Assembly (NCBI GenBank): GCA_043228905.1
Contig: JBHGNT010000020.1
Coordinates: 7,316,001-7,380,000 of the forward strand
Source of the DNA: Azolla caroliniana
Taxonomy: Eukaryota; Plantae; Polypodiophyta
DNA length: 64,000 bases
Direction of reading: 5' to 3'
Shown: piece after piece, positions 12,122 through 24,950 of the stretch
How positions within the stretch are numbered: position 1 is the first letter of the stretch
How the letters are laid out: every line of letters begins with the position of its first letter
Notes under the pieces: model-generated
Seen by the model: the letters and a program-made list of their open reading frames with translations, nothing else
Database searches by the model: none
What the model was told of the DNA's origin: nothing
Made by a program: the position numbers and the translations under genes

Positions 12122-14604
12122 TCGTGGTCAAAGATCTCTAGCTGCATGTACAGTTCGGGGACAAGAAACCGGACAAGATTGATGCCACAATGTGGGAGTT
12201 GATGCATATGAAGACGACGGCATACATCCAGTGCTTCATCGACATGAGCATGTACAACAAGTTCAATGACGAAAGTAAGGCTCATGTGCTCTGGGAGAAA
12301 ATCGGCACCATGTTGGAGAGTAAGAAAGTCGTAAATCGGGTTTCAGTATTCCGGAAGTTAGTGAGACTCCAGTACCATGACAGATCCAGCATGGCAAAGC
12401 ACATGAATGCATTCGAGGGGCTCATAAATCAAACAACCTCGCTAGAAGTACCTCAAGTTGACGAGGTACTTGCGTTGATCCTGCTCGGTTCCCTCCAGGA
12501 TAGTTGGGAGACGCTAGTTGTCACTTTGGGCAACACCAAGCCAGAAGGAAAGCAGTTGTCCCTAGCAAGGTGTCCCTAGCAAGGGTAAAATCAAGCTTGC
12601 TGGATGAAGAAGCTCGCCGGAAGGACTGGGAGTTTAGAACCGATCCGAATGTCTTGGTCACTGAAGATGACCATAATCGAGGAAGAGGCTGAATTCGGAG
12701 TCCCCAAAACCAGGACAAATCAGGGACGAGGTCGAAGTCAAGGGGGAGGCCCACTTGTTTTTATTGCAGAAAGCTAGGGCACTTCCAAAAGAACTACCAA
12801 CACTTCCGGAAAGCCAAAGGGGGAGCCAACATTCCAGAACCGAAGAAGATTTCGGAAAGGCGAGGAACGTCGGTGATCGTGACAAGTGAAGAGGAACTAT
12901 TCCTAATCACCGAGGAGAGTGTGTTGCATCTTTTTAGCAACGAGATGACATGGTTGGTCGACTCCGGAGCGTCGTTCCATCTAACCCCCGACCGGAAATG
13001 CTTCTCATCATACAGAACCGAAGATCATGGTTCTATCCGGATGGGAAATGAAGGTGCATGCCGAATTGTTGGCATAGGAGATGTGTGGTTGATGACATCA
13101 ACCGGGTGCAAGTTGTTGTTGAAGGATGTCTGACACGTTTCGGAGGTTCGGTTGAACCTTATATCAGCCGATCAGCTAGATGATGAAGGCTTACACGGGT
13201 AGCATCCCGAACAGAGTCATGAAGTTTTGCAAATGGAAGCCTGATCATGGCCCGAGCCCAGAAGATCAACACATTGTACCTAATGCATGTCCGGATATGC
13301 CGAGAGGAAGTGAACATGGCATCCGAAAATGCCAGTGAGTTGTTGCACAAGAGGTTGTGCCACATGAGCCAAAAAGGGATGAGAAGACTGGCCGAAGATA
13401 ACCTCATTCTGGAGGTGAAAGACGTGCATCTTGAGAAGTGCACAGACTGCTTGACCGGCAAGCAGAACCGAACCTCCTTCCGAACCCGACCACCGTCGAG
13501 ACGGAATGCACCGCTGGAACTTGTGCATACCGATGTATGCCAAGTGGACAAGAAGTCACATGCCGGATCGCAGTACTTCGTGACGTTCATAAACTTCCAC
13601 AACCAGAAGTTGTGGGTCTCACCGTTGAAGACGAAGGATCAGGTGTTATCTATCTTCAAGGAATTCCATGCGAGGGTGGAAAGGGAAACCGGCCAGAAGA
13701 TAAAGGTGGTTCGCAGACAACGGAGGAGAATATCGGGGATAGTTCGAGGAGTACTGTGGGCCAAAGGGAATCGAGCTTGAATTTACCGTGCCAAAGATGC
13801 CGGAACTAAACAGATTGGCCAATGATGGACCAGACCATGATGGAGAGAGTCTGGAGCATGTTAGCACATGCTAAGCTGCCCAAGACGTTTGGGGCTGAGG
13901 CACTAATGACAGTGACGTACATGATAAACAAATCACCCTCAATGCCTTTGGAAGGAGACTCACTACAGAAAGTATGGACCGATAAAGACATGTCTTACCG
14001 TCATCTAAAGGTGCTCGGATGTCTCGCTTACGTGCATGTTGCAAAGGACAAGAGAGCAAAGTTGGATCCCAAGTCCCAGCCATGCATATTCCTTGGATAC
14101 AACGATGATGATTTCGGCTACCAAGTGTGGGACTTGGTCGACAAGGTCTTCTGGAGTAGAGACATAGTCTTCATGGAAGACAAGAACATTGCCGACTGGG
14201 AGTCGAAGAAGAAAAGAATGCACTCTAGATTGACCGATAGAGATCGGTTGGAAGATGTTAGGACACATCCGGTCAGAAGCCGGATGTCAAACGAGGACCA
14301 TGATGAATCGGCCGGATTCAGACAAGAAACCAAATTGATCGAAGAAGAAGAATCGATCACCGAAACCGGACAAGACCCCGAATCGGATTCAGATGAAGAA
14401 CCAACGGAGGAACTAGTGGCCGAAGACCAAGGAAGAAGATATCCTCTCAGGGAGAGAAGAGCCCCCCAGAGATTTCCGGATGCAGAGCATGTGTTGCTGA
14501 CTGATGAGGGGGAGCAGGAAAGCTTTGAAGGAGCCAAGAGAGACACCCACAACTTCAAGTGGTTAAGTGCCATGCAGGATGAGATGGATTCCTTGTGTGA
14601 GAAC
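12122..14604 (+). pseudogene. A1 gag-PR-INT (disrupted)
   Basis: ILLGSLQDSW, WLVDSGASFH, HKRLCH..CTDC, VHTDVC, KLDPKSQPCIFLGY. Confidence 0.88.
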
Positions 14605-17600
14605 TGTTGAGCGGCAAGCTCAACCGGAGCCGGATCGGCTGAATAAGCCGGAGCCGGTAAGCGAGACGGATCGGGCGAAACGGATCGGTATGACGGTGAG
14701 CAACCGAACCGGCAAGCATCCCCGGACAGCCGAATGCTGTACACGGGAACGGATCGGCTCCGTGGGCATGGTGGAAGAGGTGGGTCGGCACGCAATGGAG
14801 GCGGACGGCAAGAGCAGGAACGGAGGCACTATGAGCGTGCCGACAGCAGTTCCGGGACTTCCACAAGCAGGGGGAGTCAAGGTGGTGCCGGAGGCCGACA
14901 AGACAAATCCCCTACGGAATGCTGGTACTATGGCAAAAAAGACCACAGGGAAAGCGAGTGCTGGAGAAAGCATGCCGATTCGGACAAATCCGGATCCGGC
15001 AAGACCGGTAAGGATGGCCGGCAAAACTCGCACTACGCAAACGGATCAGGGGGATCCGGAACCGGAAAGGCCGGTAAGAGACCAGCCTTGGTGATGAATC
15101 ACAAGGCAAACTCAATGAAGAAGACCACTTCCAAAACGGAGGAAGTGTGGTATGTTGATTCCGACGCGTCGAACCACATGACGAGCCACAAAGAGTGGTT
15201 CTCCTTTCTGGAGAAACCGGATCAACCAAGAGTAGTCGAAACCGGAGACGACACTCCTCACCCAATCGTGCACGTCGGAGAAGTCCCTCTAAGCCACGTC
15301 GGACAGAAAGGGAAGCTGATGAACGTATTACACGTTCCGACAATCACGAAGAACCTGGTGTCCGTCGGTCAGATTGTCGACCAAGGGATGCAGGTGCAGT
15401 TTACGCACCTCGGGTGCTTCATTGAGGATGAGGGCGAAGTCATTGCGCAAGGGCGCAGAGACGGGAGGATGTTGATCCTCAACACCAATGACCTTGGCAC
15501 CACTCTGTTCGCGAATCGATAGAAGGTCGAGTCGGACATCGACCTGTGGCACAAGCGGATAGGCCACGTCAACTACCGGAGGCTTCAAGACCTGCAAACG
15601 AAACAAGTCATTTTCGGTTTGCCGAAGTTCAGCGGCCGGAGAGCCGAAATTTGTGAAGCTTGCCAACTTGGGAAGCAACACCGGCTTCCATTCCCCACCG
15701 AACGGAACCGGAGCCGTAACAAGCTCGATCTCATCCATTCGGATGTGTGGGGACCAGCACAAAGTGTAAGCCTTGGCGGGAGCCGATACTTCGTCTCCTT
15801 CATCGACGACTATACTCGACATACTTGGATCTACCTCATTGAGCGGAAGAGCGAAGTCTTCGACTGTTTCCGGAGCCTCCAGAAGATGGTGGAACGGGAA
15901 TCGGAGAGGAAGATCAAATGCCTTCGGTCGGATGGTGGAAAGGAATATTTTTCCGGCCAATTCACTAGTTATCCGCAGCAGAAGGGAATTCGGCGAGAGT
16001 TCAGCTGCAGATACACACCGGAGCAAAACGGTGTGGCCGAAAGGAAGAACCGGACACTCGTCGAAGCGGCAAGGGCAATGCTGGAGGAGAAGAGCATGCC
16101 CCGGTTCTACTGGGCGGAGGCGGTCCAGACGGCCGTCTACATACAAAACCGCATTGGTGACAAGGTGTCAGCTCATGAGCTGTATTTCGGGCGCAAGCCG
16201 AACTTAAGACACCTTCGGATATTCGGCAGCATAGCGTATGTGCATGTACCGGATCAGAAGCGAAGAAAGTTGGATGCAAAATCGGAAAAATGCATCCTAG
16301 TGGGCTATGCTCAAGAGCAAAAGGGGTATAAGTGTTATAACCCTCGGACGAAGGAAGTCCGAGTTATCCGGGATGTCGAGTTCGACGAATCAGCATCCTA
16401 GTACTCCGTACCGACTCCGACTTCCGATCCCAACCCAATGTCGGAAGATCAGGCCAGTGAGCCTGAATCAGCCCTGGCAGAGGATGATGAAGCCGGGACT
16501 CAAGATGAGAGTCTGGAATCGTTTCAGTTGAGTGGACCGAACGAGCGACTGAGTCGGTTGGACCAGTTGGATGAAGAGACGGCAAGTGGTGGAGACTCTG
16601 TCGTGCTCTCCCCGCGCAAGGAACCGAGGAAACGGTACACACGCAAAGAGAAGGGGAAGAGGAAGATGCCGGAATTGCGTTGCGCCGATCAACCCGCTAG
16701 AAGGATCCCGTCATACGGTATGGGTACAATGAATACATGGCGCATCATTATGCGTACATGACTAAGGTGACAGAAGTGTGTGAGCCGGAAGGCTACGCAG
16801 AAGCGGCAAAGGACGCAAATTGGCGTGCCGCTATGGACGAAGAAATGCGGGCGCTCGATGCCAACGAAACTTGGGACCTAGTTGATCCTCCCCGTCACTG
16901 TAAACCGATCAGATGCAAGTGGGTGTACAAGGTCAAGTACAACGTCGACGGTTCTGTTAACCGGTACAAAGCCCGGTTAGTGGCGAAGGGATACGCGTAG
17001 ACCCACGGAATCGACTATGACGAGACCTTCGCTCCTGTGGCGAAGATGACGACGGTTCGTGTGGTACTGGCGGTTGCTGCGGCAAGGGGGTGGCATCTTC
17101 ACCAGATGGATGTGAAGAACGCCTTCCTTCAAGGAGAGCTTGAAGAAGAAGTCTTTATGACTCAGCCCCCCGGATTTCAATCGGAGATGAACAAGTCGGC
17201 GGTATGCCAACTGAAGAAGTCGCTTTACGGCTTGAAGCAAGCCCCCCGAGCTTGGAACGCGAAGATCACGCACCGGTTGCGTAAGCTGGGGTTTGTTGTC
17301 TCAAAGTTTGCCCTAAGTCATATTTATACTAATATGACTTTTCGGCTATTTACAAATATAGCCTCGATGGGCTCTCAGAAACATATTTACGAATATGTCT
17401 CTTCCTCCGGTTCTGCACCATCCGGCTCTCCGTAGCCAGGTACTCCTCATCCGGTTCACACCGGGCCTGCACCATCCGGCTCTCCGTAGCCGGGTACTAC
17501 TCATCCGGTTCATACTGGGTCTGTATCATCCGGCTCTCCGTAGCCGGGTACTACTCATCCGGTTCATACCGGGTCTGTATCATCCGGCTCTCCGTAGCCG

Positions 17601-19816
17601 GGTACTCCTCTGTTCTTCTCCCTTCCCATCTGGAGGGACTTGTCTCCCAACATCTTGTATGTGGATGATTTAGTCATCACTGGACCGGGTCTTCCCGAAA
17701 TCAACTGCGTCAAGTCCCAGTTGTCGGACGCATTCGAAATGAAGGACCTGGGGGACCTTCATTATTTTCTTGGGCTCGAAGTGATCCGGACTCACGACGG
17801 CATATTGCTCTCACAACGACATTACGTGTTGAATATGCTGTATAAGTTCGGCATGACGGATTGTCGACCTGTCTCCACACCCCTGGACCGGAACCAGAAG
17901 CTCCGTCCCAACTCCGGACCGGCCTGCAATGAGAAACGGTTCCGACAGGTTGTCGGAAGCCTGATCTACTTAACCATCACCCGACCCGACATCAGCTATC
18001 CGGTCGGCATGGTAAGCCAGTTCATGCAGAAGCCGACCATGGAGCACCTTCAGTGCGCGCAACGAATATTACGGTATGTCAGCGGCACTAAGGACCGGGG
18101 ACTGTTATACCGGCGAGGTATACCCGAAGAGCTCGTCGGTTACACAGATGCTGACTGGGCCGACGATGCATCTGATCGCCGCTCCACTTCCGAATACATG
18201 TTCTCCATAGGTAGCGCGGCCGTTGCGTGGAGCAGCAAGAAGCAGCCCACAGTGGCTTTGTCAAGCACTAAGGCTGAGTACCGGGCCGCTACCGTTGCCA
18301 CTTGTGAAGCCATCTAGCTTCGGCGACTGCTGTGAGACTTGCGGATCAAGGTACCGACCCCGATCCCAATTTACTGCGATAACATGAGCAGCCTGCAGCT
18401 CGCCAGGAACCCTATGTTCCATGCTCACACAAAGCACATCGAGGTGCACTACCACTTCGTGCGTGAGCGGGTCCTGAGCGGTGAAGTTGACCTACGGTAT
18501 GTTCATACGGATCGGCAAGTTGCCGACATCTTCACCAAGCCGCTCGGATCGGACAAGTTGCAGCACTTTACCGACATGCTTGGTATTCAGCATCTCGATG
18601 TGCCGCACTTGAGGGGGAGAAGCAAGGGCAAAGTCTCTACCGAAACGGGCAAAGGCCAGCATCTCGATGTGCCGCACTTGAGGGGGAGAAGCAAGGGCAA
18701 AGTCTCTACCGAAACGGGCAAAGGCCAAAAACCTATTGAACCCGTCGGTAAGAGGAGAGCTGGAAGAAGAGGAGACAAGAAGCTGAAGGAAGCCGAGTCG
18801 ACGAAGGAAGTCGACACATCCGAACAGGTTGGAGCAAGCGGCTGTGAAGAAGAGTTGTGCACTCAGGAAGAGAAGCGCATGCTGTGCGGAGGTCATCACG
18901 ACGGTACTGACCATGATACAGAGTCGAATGAAGAATTCGATTTCGGTTCACTGACTGAAGAAGCCGAGGGAAGCATGGAGAAGGCCAAGACTCGAAAGTG
19001 GTCCGATGTGGTGAGAGGCCTAACGCCGGAAGTCGAATCGGAGTGTACCGATTCGGACAAGAGCTGGAACGAGTCGGAGACAGCTGACTCGGATCAACAG
19101 ATGGATCCGGATGAGACGGATCGACTGAAGGCCAAGGGGACACGGACACAGCGGAAGTCGATGCCATCGTGGGAGAACCGACAGATCGGCAAGCGCCGGA
19201 GTCACAACAACGTGACTGCTGAGATGGGCCGATTGAGCAGACATACCGACCGAGAGGGTCGAGGCGCGCAGAACCAAAGGGGTCGCGGCAAATGGGACCG
19301 GACCGGACGAGGAGCGCGAGCAAGGCGGAGTGACGCCAGGAGAAGTCGGTTGGAAGAACCGACTGCCACAGAGGTCGACACTACGACCCCACCTCAGGTT
19401 GAGCTTGAGGGGGAGTGTTGAGCGGCAAGCTCAACCAGAGCCGGATCGGCTGAATAAGCCGGAGCCAGTAAGCGAGACGGATCGGGCGAAACGGATCGGT
19501 ATGACGGTGAGCAACCGAACCGGCAAGCAGTGGAGGCCGGGTGCAATCCGTAACCAGCAGTCCAATAGGAAGCCTAGTATAGGATAGACTACTAGGTAGC
19601 TATAGTCTCGTAGTAAGTGTCAGATGCTCGTGTGAGCATTGAAGTACATGGTACTTATGTCAGTTCCAAGAGGACTTGTATAAATAGTGCTACTTAGTAT
19701 AGTGTGTATTGTCAGTGAGTCTTGATATAATTTTGAAATTGTGTTCTGCTCTCTCTGTCTCTCTCGCTCTCTCGGTTGTTCTCTGTTTTACGCTTCCGCA
19801 AACACTTACGTTTACA
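14605..19816 (+). mobile_element. Copia family B element B1 (Ale-like) with truncated 5' LTR
   Basis: TSD AGAAC both sides; removal restores A1 EN|HTYELTKL; 5' LTR only ~14605-14718; full 3' LTR 19416-19816; PPT TTGAGGGGGAG; [38 protein letters not shown], RNase H. Confidence 0.92.
17303..17652 (-). repeat. Partial family A LTR inside B1 RT
   Basis: Intact outer end (CTCCCAACA) plus TATA region; R/U5 and adjacent RT sequence deleted. Confidence 0.8.
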
Positions 19817-21260
19817 AGAACCACACATATGAATTGACGAAGTTGTCGAAAGGAAAGAGAGGCTCCGGAACAAGTGGGTGTACAAGCTGAAACCGGGAGA
19901 CTCCGGAAATCCACCAAGGTATAAGGCCCACATTGTGGTGAAGGGCTTCCAGTAGAAGAAAGGAGTGGACTTTGATAAGATCTTTGCCCCAGTAATGAAG
20001 ATGACATCCATCCGGATGGTGTTGAGCATAACGGCAAGCATGGATCTCGAAGAAGAGATCTACATGCAACAACTTGAAGGATTCGTCAAGAAAGGGAAGG
20101 AGCACCTACTATGCTGTTTGAAGAACAACGTATACAGACTAAAGCAAGCTCCCCGGCAATGGTACCAGAATTTTGACTCCTTCATGACCGACCAAGGATA
20201 CCAGAAGACGCAAGCTGACCACTGCATATTTGTGAAGAAGTTCGACGGAGGAAACTTCTTTGATACTACTGTTGTACGTGGACGACATGCTAATCGTCGG
20301 GTGAGACCATATAAAAATCAGAATGTTGAAGAAGGCATTGAGCCAGTCATTCGCAATGAAAGATATGGGTCCTGCGAGACAGGTCCTAGGGATGCACATA
20401 GTCTGGGACAGGTCGAAGAAGCAATTGTGGCTGTCACAGGAAAAGTATGTGACAAAGGTGCTTCAAAGGTTCAACATGTCGGATGCTAAGCTGGTTGGAT
20501 CGATACTTCTAGCAAACTGCAAGCTGTTCAGAAAGCAAAGTCCGAAGAACAAGACGGAGAAGTCAGAGATGATGAAGATACCATATGTCGTTATCATCGG
20601 AAGCTTGATGTACGCAATGGTGTGTACCCGGCCGGATATCGGATATGTTGTCAGAGTGGTCAGCCGATTCATGAGCAATCTAGGAAGAGAACACTGGACC
20701 GCAGCCAAGTGGATACTCCAACTCCAATACTTGAAAGGCAACTCGAGTATGTGCCTCCGATTCGGCTCTAGAAAACCCCAACTTGAAGGATTCAAGGATT
20801 TGGATATGTCGGCTAATGCGGATACCAACTGGTCAACTTTTGGATATGTAATGACATACGCAGGGGGGGGGTGTATTGTGGCAGTCGAGGTTGTAGAAGT
20901 CCGTTGCACTATCGACAACGGAAGCGGAGTACATGGTGGTTGTAGAAGTCGGCAAAGAGGTAATCTGGATGAAGGACTTCATTGGAGAGCTAGGGATCCG
21001 GCGGGAGGAATTCCGACTCTACTACGACAGTCAAAGTGCCATCCACCTCGCAAAGAACACAACCTACCACTCTCAGATGAAGCACATCTAGAGGAGATAT
21101 CACTGGCGCCGGGAGAAGGTAGAATATAAAGAGTTTTTGCTAACGAAGATCCATATGAAGGAGAACAAGTCGAACAAGCTAACCAAGGTGTTATCAGCCA
21201 ACAAGCTGGATGTGTGCAGGAGACGGATCGGATTGACAAGACATCCCATGTCGGAGTGAA
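19817..21260 (+). pseudogene. A1 RT-RNase H (disrupted)
   Basis: IFAPVMKMTSIR, LKQAPRQWY, MKDMGPA, GSLMYAMVCTRPDI. Confidence 0.88.
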
Positions 21261-21777
21261 GGAGGAGTTTGTTGGGAATTCGGTCCCTTTGGATGGGATC
21301 TGAACCCGACGGATCCAAAAGGTATCCGGTTGAATCCAGTGTGAACCAGATCCAGGGACATAACTGTAAATATGTTTCTAGTGTACCTGTCATGGCCACA
21401 TTTGTAAATAGTCCGAATGTCATATAAGTATAAATACGACTTAGGGCAAACACTTTATGTGTGTGTCGATATATTGTTGTACAGAGGTAGCAAAGAGAGA
21501 GAGAGAGAGAGAGAGATACACTCAAAGCCTTTCTGTTGTAGCCGTCGGTTGGCGAAGGTATAGAGCTCGAGGTCATTGCCTCTAAGTCTCTCCTTGTACC
21601 CTTCTTCTCATAGTGATAGTTGGAGTCTATGGGCTTCCATGGTTTTTCCCATTTAGGGTTTGCCACATAAACATCCTGTGTCCTCTCTGTTGTCTATGTA
21701 AGTGTATTAATCTCCATTTCTGTTTTGTTCTTCCATTGAGTTTAAGACTCGGTTGTTGCTGAGCACTATTCCACACA

Positions 21778-21995
21778 TGAAGTGCCGACATCATTCATGT
21801 CGAGGATGAACATCCTCCCTTCTCGTCACCCTGGTGTGATGATTTGTCCTTATTCTTCAATGAAGCAACCAAAGTGGGTGAACCGAACTTGCATTCCTTG
21901 TTCAACAATTTGTCCGACTAACACCAAATTCTTGATGATTATCGGAATGTGCAAGACGTTCATCAGTCTCCCTTTCTGGCCGATATGGCTCAAGG
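21778..21995 (-). mobile_element. Continuation of the outer family-B-like remnant
   Basis: Matches B1 protease-downstream region (NVLHIPIIIKNLV..GRMFILD). Confidence 0.8.
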
Positions 21996-24630
21996 GGATA
22001 TATTCGCACATGGGACAAAATGAGCCATCTTCGAAAACCGATCGACGACCACTAGCACCGTGTCATGGTCACCGACCCAAGGAAGGTCGGTGATAAAGTC
22101 CATGGAGAGAGATGCCCAAGGTCGACTGGGAATTGGAAGTGGGTGTAGAAGGCCGTATGGACGATGGTGAGCCGCTTTGGAGCGAGCACAGACGTCACAA
22201 GTTTTGATAAATTCTTTGACCAATTTCCAAGGTTGGGGCCACTAAAATCCCCGAGACAGCAACGCTGACGTTTTCGCGACCCCAAAGTGTCTGACAAGAG
22301 GATCATTGTGGCAAGTTTGTAGTACTCGGATGCGACATGTGCCAACTAGTACGTAAAGGAGTGATTATGATAGAGTAGCCCATCCTGAATTGTAAAGTGA
22401 CTGAGGTCCGAGCTTTGCATTTCCTCGGATGGGTTGTTGAGGTGCGCCATGATGTCAATAGCGAAAGGGTCCGACATGGTTGCTTGGGTGATCTCGTTGA
22501 GCAAGGAATCATCATGCAACATATAGGTTGCAAACATGTGGAGTTGATTGGGCCGCAATAAACAATGTGATTGTTGAGAATATGCGTCGTCACCTGAGCG
22601 TAGTGCAAAGTCGGGTCGCCAAGAGAGAGCATCCGCTTTCCCATGTTGAACGCCGAGTTGAAACAAGATTTCGAAGTCGTAGTCGGCGAGAAAAGATGGC
22701 CAACGAGCCTGCCGCCGATTCAACGTATGAGTGGTGGTGAAGTAGATGAGATTCTTGTTGTTGGTCAGCACCTGAATACGATGTTGGGACCTAGCCAGAT
22801 AGGGTCGTCATTCGGTGAAGGCCGAGATGATAGCTACAAGCTCCTTGTCGTAGACCGGATAATTGATTTTCGGGGTTGTAAACTTCCGAGAGTAGAAGGC
22901 GACCGGATGCAGGGTGCCATCGTCGTCGGGCTGAGACAAGACCGCACCTATGGCAAAGTTAGAGGCGTTGGTTTCATCCTGGAAAGGGTGGGTGGGGTCG
23001 GGGTGGACTAACGTGGGGGCGGAGAGATGAATACGATGTTGGGACCTAGCCAGATATGGTCACCATTCGACGAAGGCCGAGATGATAGCTGCAAGCTCCT
23101 TGTCGTAGACCGGATAATTGATTTCCGGGGCTGTAAACTTCCGAGAGTAGAAGGCAACCGGATGCAGGGTGCCATCGTCGTCGAGCTGAGACAAGACCGC
23201 ACCTATGGCAAAGTTAGAGGCATCGGTTTCATCCTCGAAAGGGCGGATGGGGTCGGGGTGGACTAACGTGGGGGTGGAGAGAAAATGGGGGCATCACTTT
23301 GTACTCGAAATGTCCATAGCGCGTTCGAAAGGCCATTTTCCACGCATCTCTAGGATTGATGCGCACCAAATTGTAGGCGCCCCGAAGGTCTATTTTGGAG
23401 AAGATATGTCCAGTTCGGAGTCGATCAAGGAGCGATGGAATTAAGGACAGGGGGTAACAAATACACACCGTAACTTTGTTGAGACCCCGATAATCCTCAC
23501 ATAAGCGTAAGGAGCCGTCCTTCTTTTTGACAAATAGGATTGGTGCCCTGACCGGTGATTTGGAGGGTTGAATGAAGCCCTTCGCGAGATTCTTAGCTAG
23601 ATATGTGCGGAGAGCCTCAAGTTCAGGTTTAGATAACCCATAGATAGGACCGAACGGGGGATAACCCATTCCGCTTTTCGAAGATGTCGGAAAAGTCGCT
23701 ATATCGGATGGGTAAATTGTTGACAAGAACGGTGACGTCCCCCAACACAACAACCAGTGTAGCGACCAAACCAGACTTGACCGCAACGGAATCACAATCG
23801 GATGTCGGGGGGTTGTGATGAGGTAGAACGTGAGTTCTTCCTAGTGCGTCCCGACTTGAACTACCAAAGGGATAGTGGCTTCGGTAACCGTCCCCGAAGA
23901 GAGAACCCGATCGTCGATCGCTTCAACGGATATGGTTTGTGATGTGCGGTCGGTGGGGATATTATGTGCACGGACAAACGATTTATCGATAAAGTAAGTA
24001 GATGCTCCGGAATCGAGCAAGGCATGAGATTTTATTGAAGTCGAACCAAAACAAAGACTTACTTGCAAAGAAAACCCTCCTAATGGCGGAACGGACTTTG
24101 TAGGAGCATGGAGAAGGTGAGTAATGGGAAGCGTCCAACGACATGGCTCCTACTGCAGCCAGACTTGGTCGTTTTCCTGTTGTCGAGGAACCTCTGCAAG
24201 ACGTGCACGATGGAATTGGTACCACGGGCCCCGCAACGGGTAGTGGCGGATGACATGACCGAGGTTGCCACAATAGAGATAGAATCCATTGTCCTGACAA
24301 TGTTGGCGTTGGGCTCCAGTTAGTGGTTGGAACCGAGCGTGGTCGATCTCCATCGGGGTATGGAAATCGACCTCCGTCGTGGTATGGGTATCGCTGGGTG
24401 ATGGTAAGGTTGGCGTGGGAGACAAGTAGGGCCTAGAGATTGATGCGTTTCGGGAAGAAGCCTGAGACTCGCAAGTCCCCCGTTCGTCTTGACGAAGTTC
24501 GAAGAGACGATTGTCACACTGGACAACTTGGGAGATTACTTGAGACAACGATGTGGGCTCCGGGAAGTTTAAGAGAAGGTTCTTGATGTCATTTCAGAGG
24601 CCGCGACAGAATGGTCGCATAGGGCTTATG
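21996..24630 (-). mobile_element. Tcn1/Tf1-type chromoviral Gypsy remnant (gag-PR-RT-RH-INT), no LTRs seen
   Basis: YCGNLGH knuckle; LLDSGAS; [36 protein letters not shown]; KADALS; PWASLSMDFITDLP; 255-bp tandem duplication in RNase H. Confidence 0.85.
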
Positions 24631-24950
24631 TGCACTTTATATATACAAGCCCATTTTTCAGGGTCATTGAGAAGTACTGACATGTACTTCAATGCTCTTA
24701 AAAGAGCATTTGACACTAATTGCCTACATTGGACCTGTTTAATAAAATAAGTCTACTCAGCACGTGTGACGTTTCAGACGGCTTCCGCAACCACTCCGTC
24801 ATCCGATATCCGGCTTCTTCAGCTAATCCGGATCCTAATCTAGAGCTTAGGCTTATCAACCTAAGTGGGCCTAGCCAATTGGATTGATTCCGGTCTAGCC
24901 TACCTGCTCGTCCAGCCAGTTCGACCCATGTTGAGCTTGCTTGCTCAACA
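24630..24950 (-). repeat. Partial family-B-like LTR just upstream of the host gene
   Basis: Minus strand begins TGTTGAGCAAGCAAGCTCAAC; contains the GAGCATTGAAGTAC motif and TATA of B LTRs; U5 missing. Confidence 0.75.

Larger units (their letters stand above)
3980..21777 (+). mobile_element. Copia family A element A1 (Tnt1/Tork-like), both LTRs present, interrupted by G1 and B1
   Basis: LTRs 3980-4470 and 21270-21777; PBS TGGTATCAGAGC 4474-4485; PPT GGAGTGAAGGAGGAG before the 3' LTR; TSD AGAAG/TGAAG (1 mismatch); gag-PR-INT-RT-RH order. Confidence 0.92.

Noticed and set aside
15328-16146. Long antisense ORFs over Copia pol (also 14118-14795, 18733-19323)
   Set aside because: Shadow frames of GC-rich pol; not conserved intact between B1 and B2
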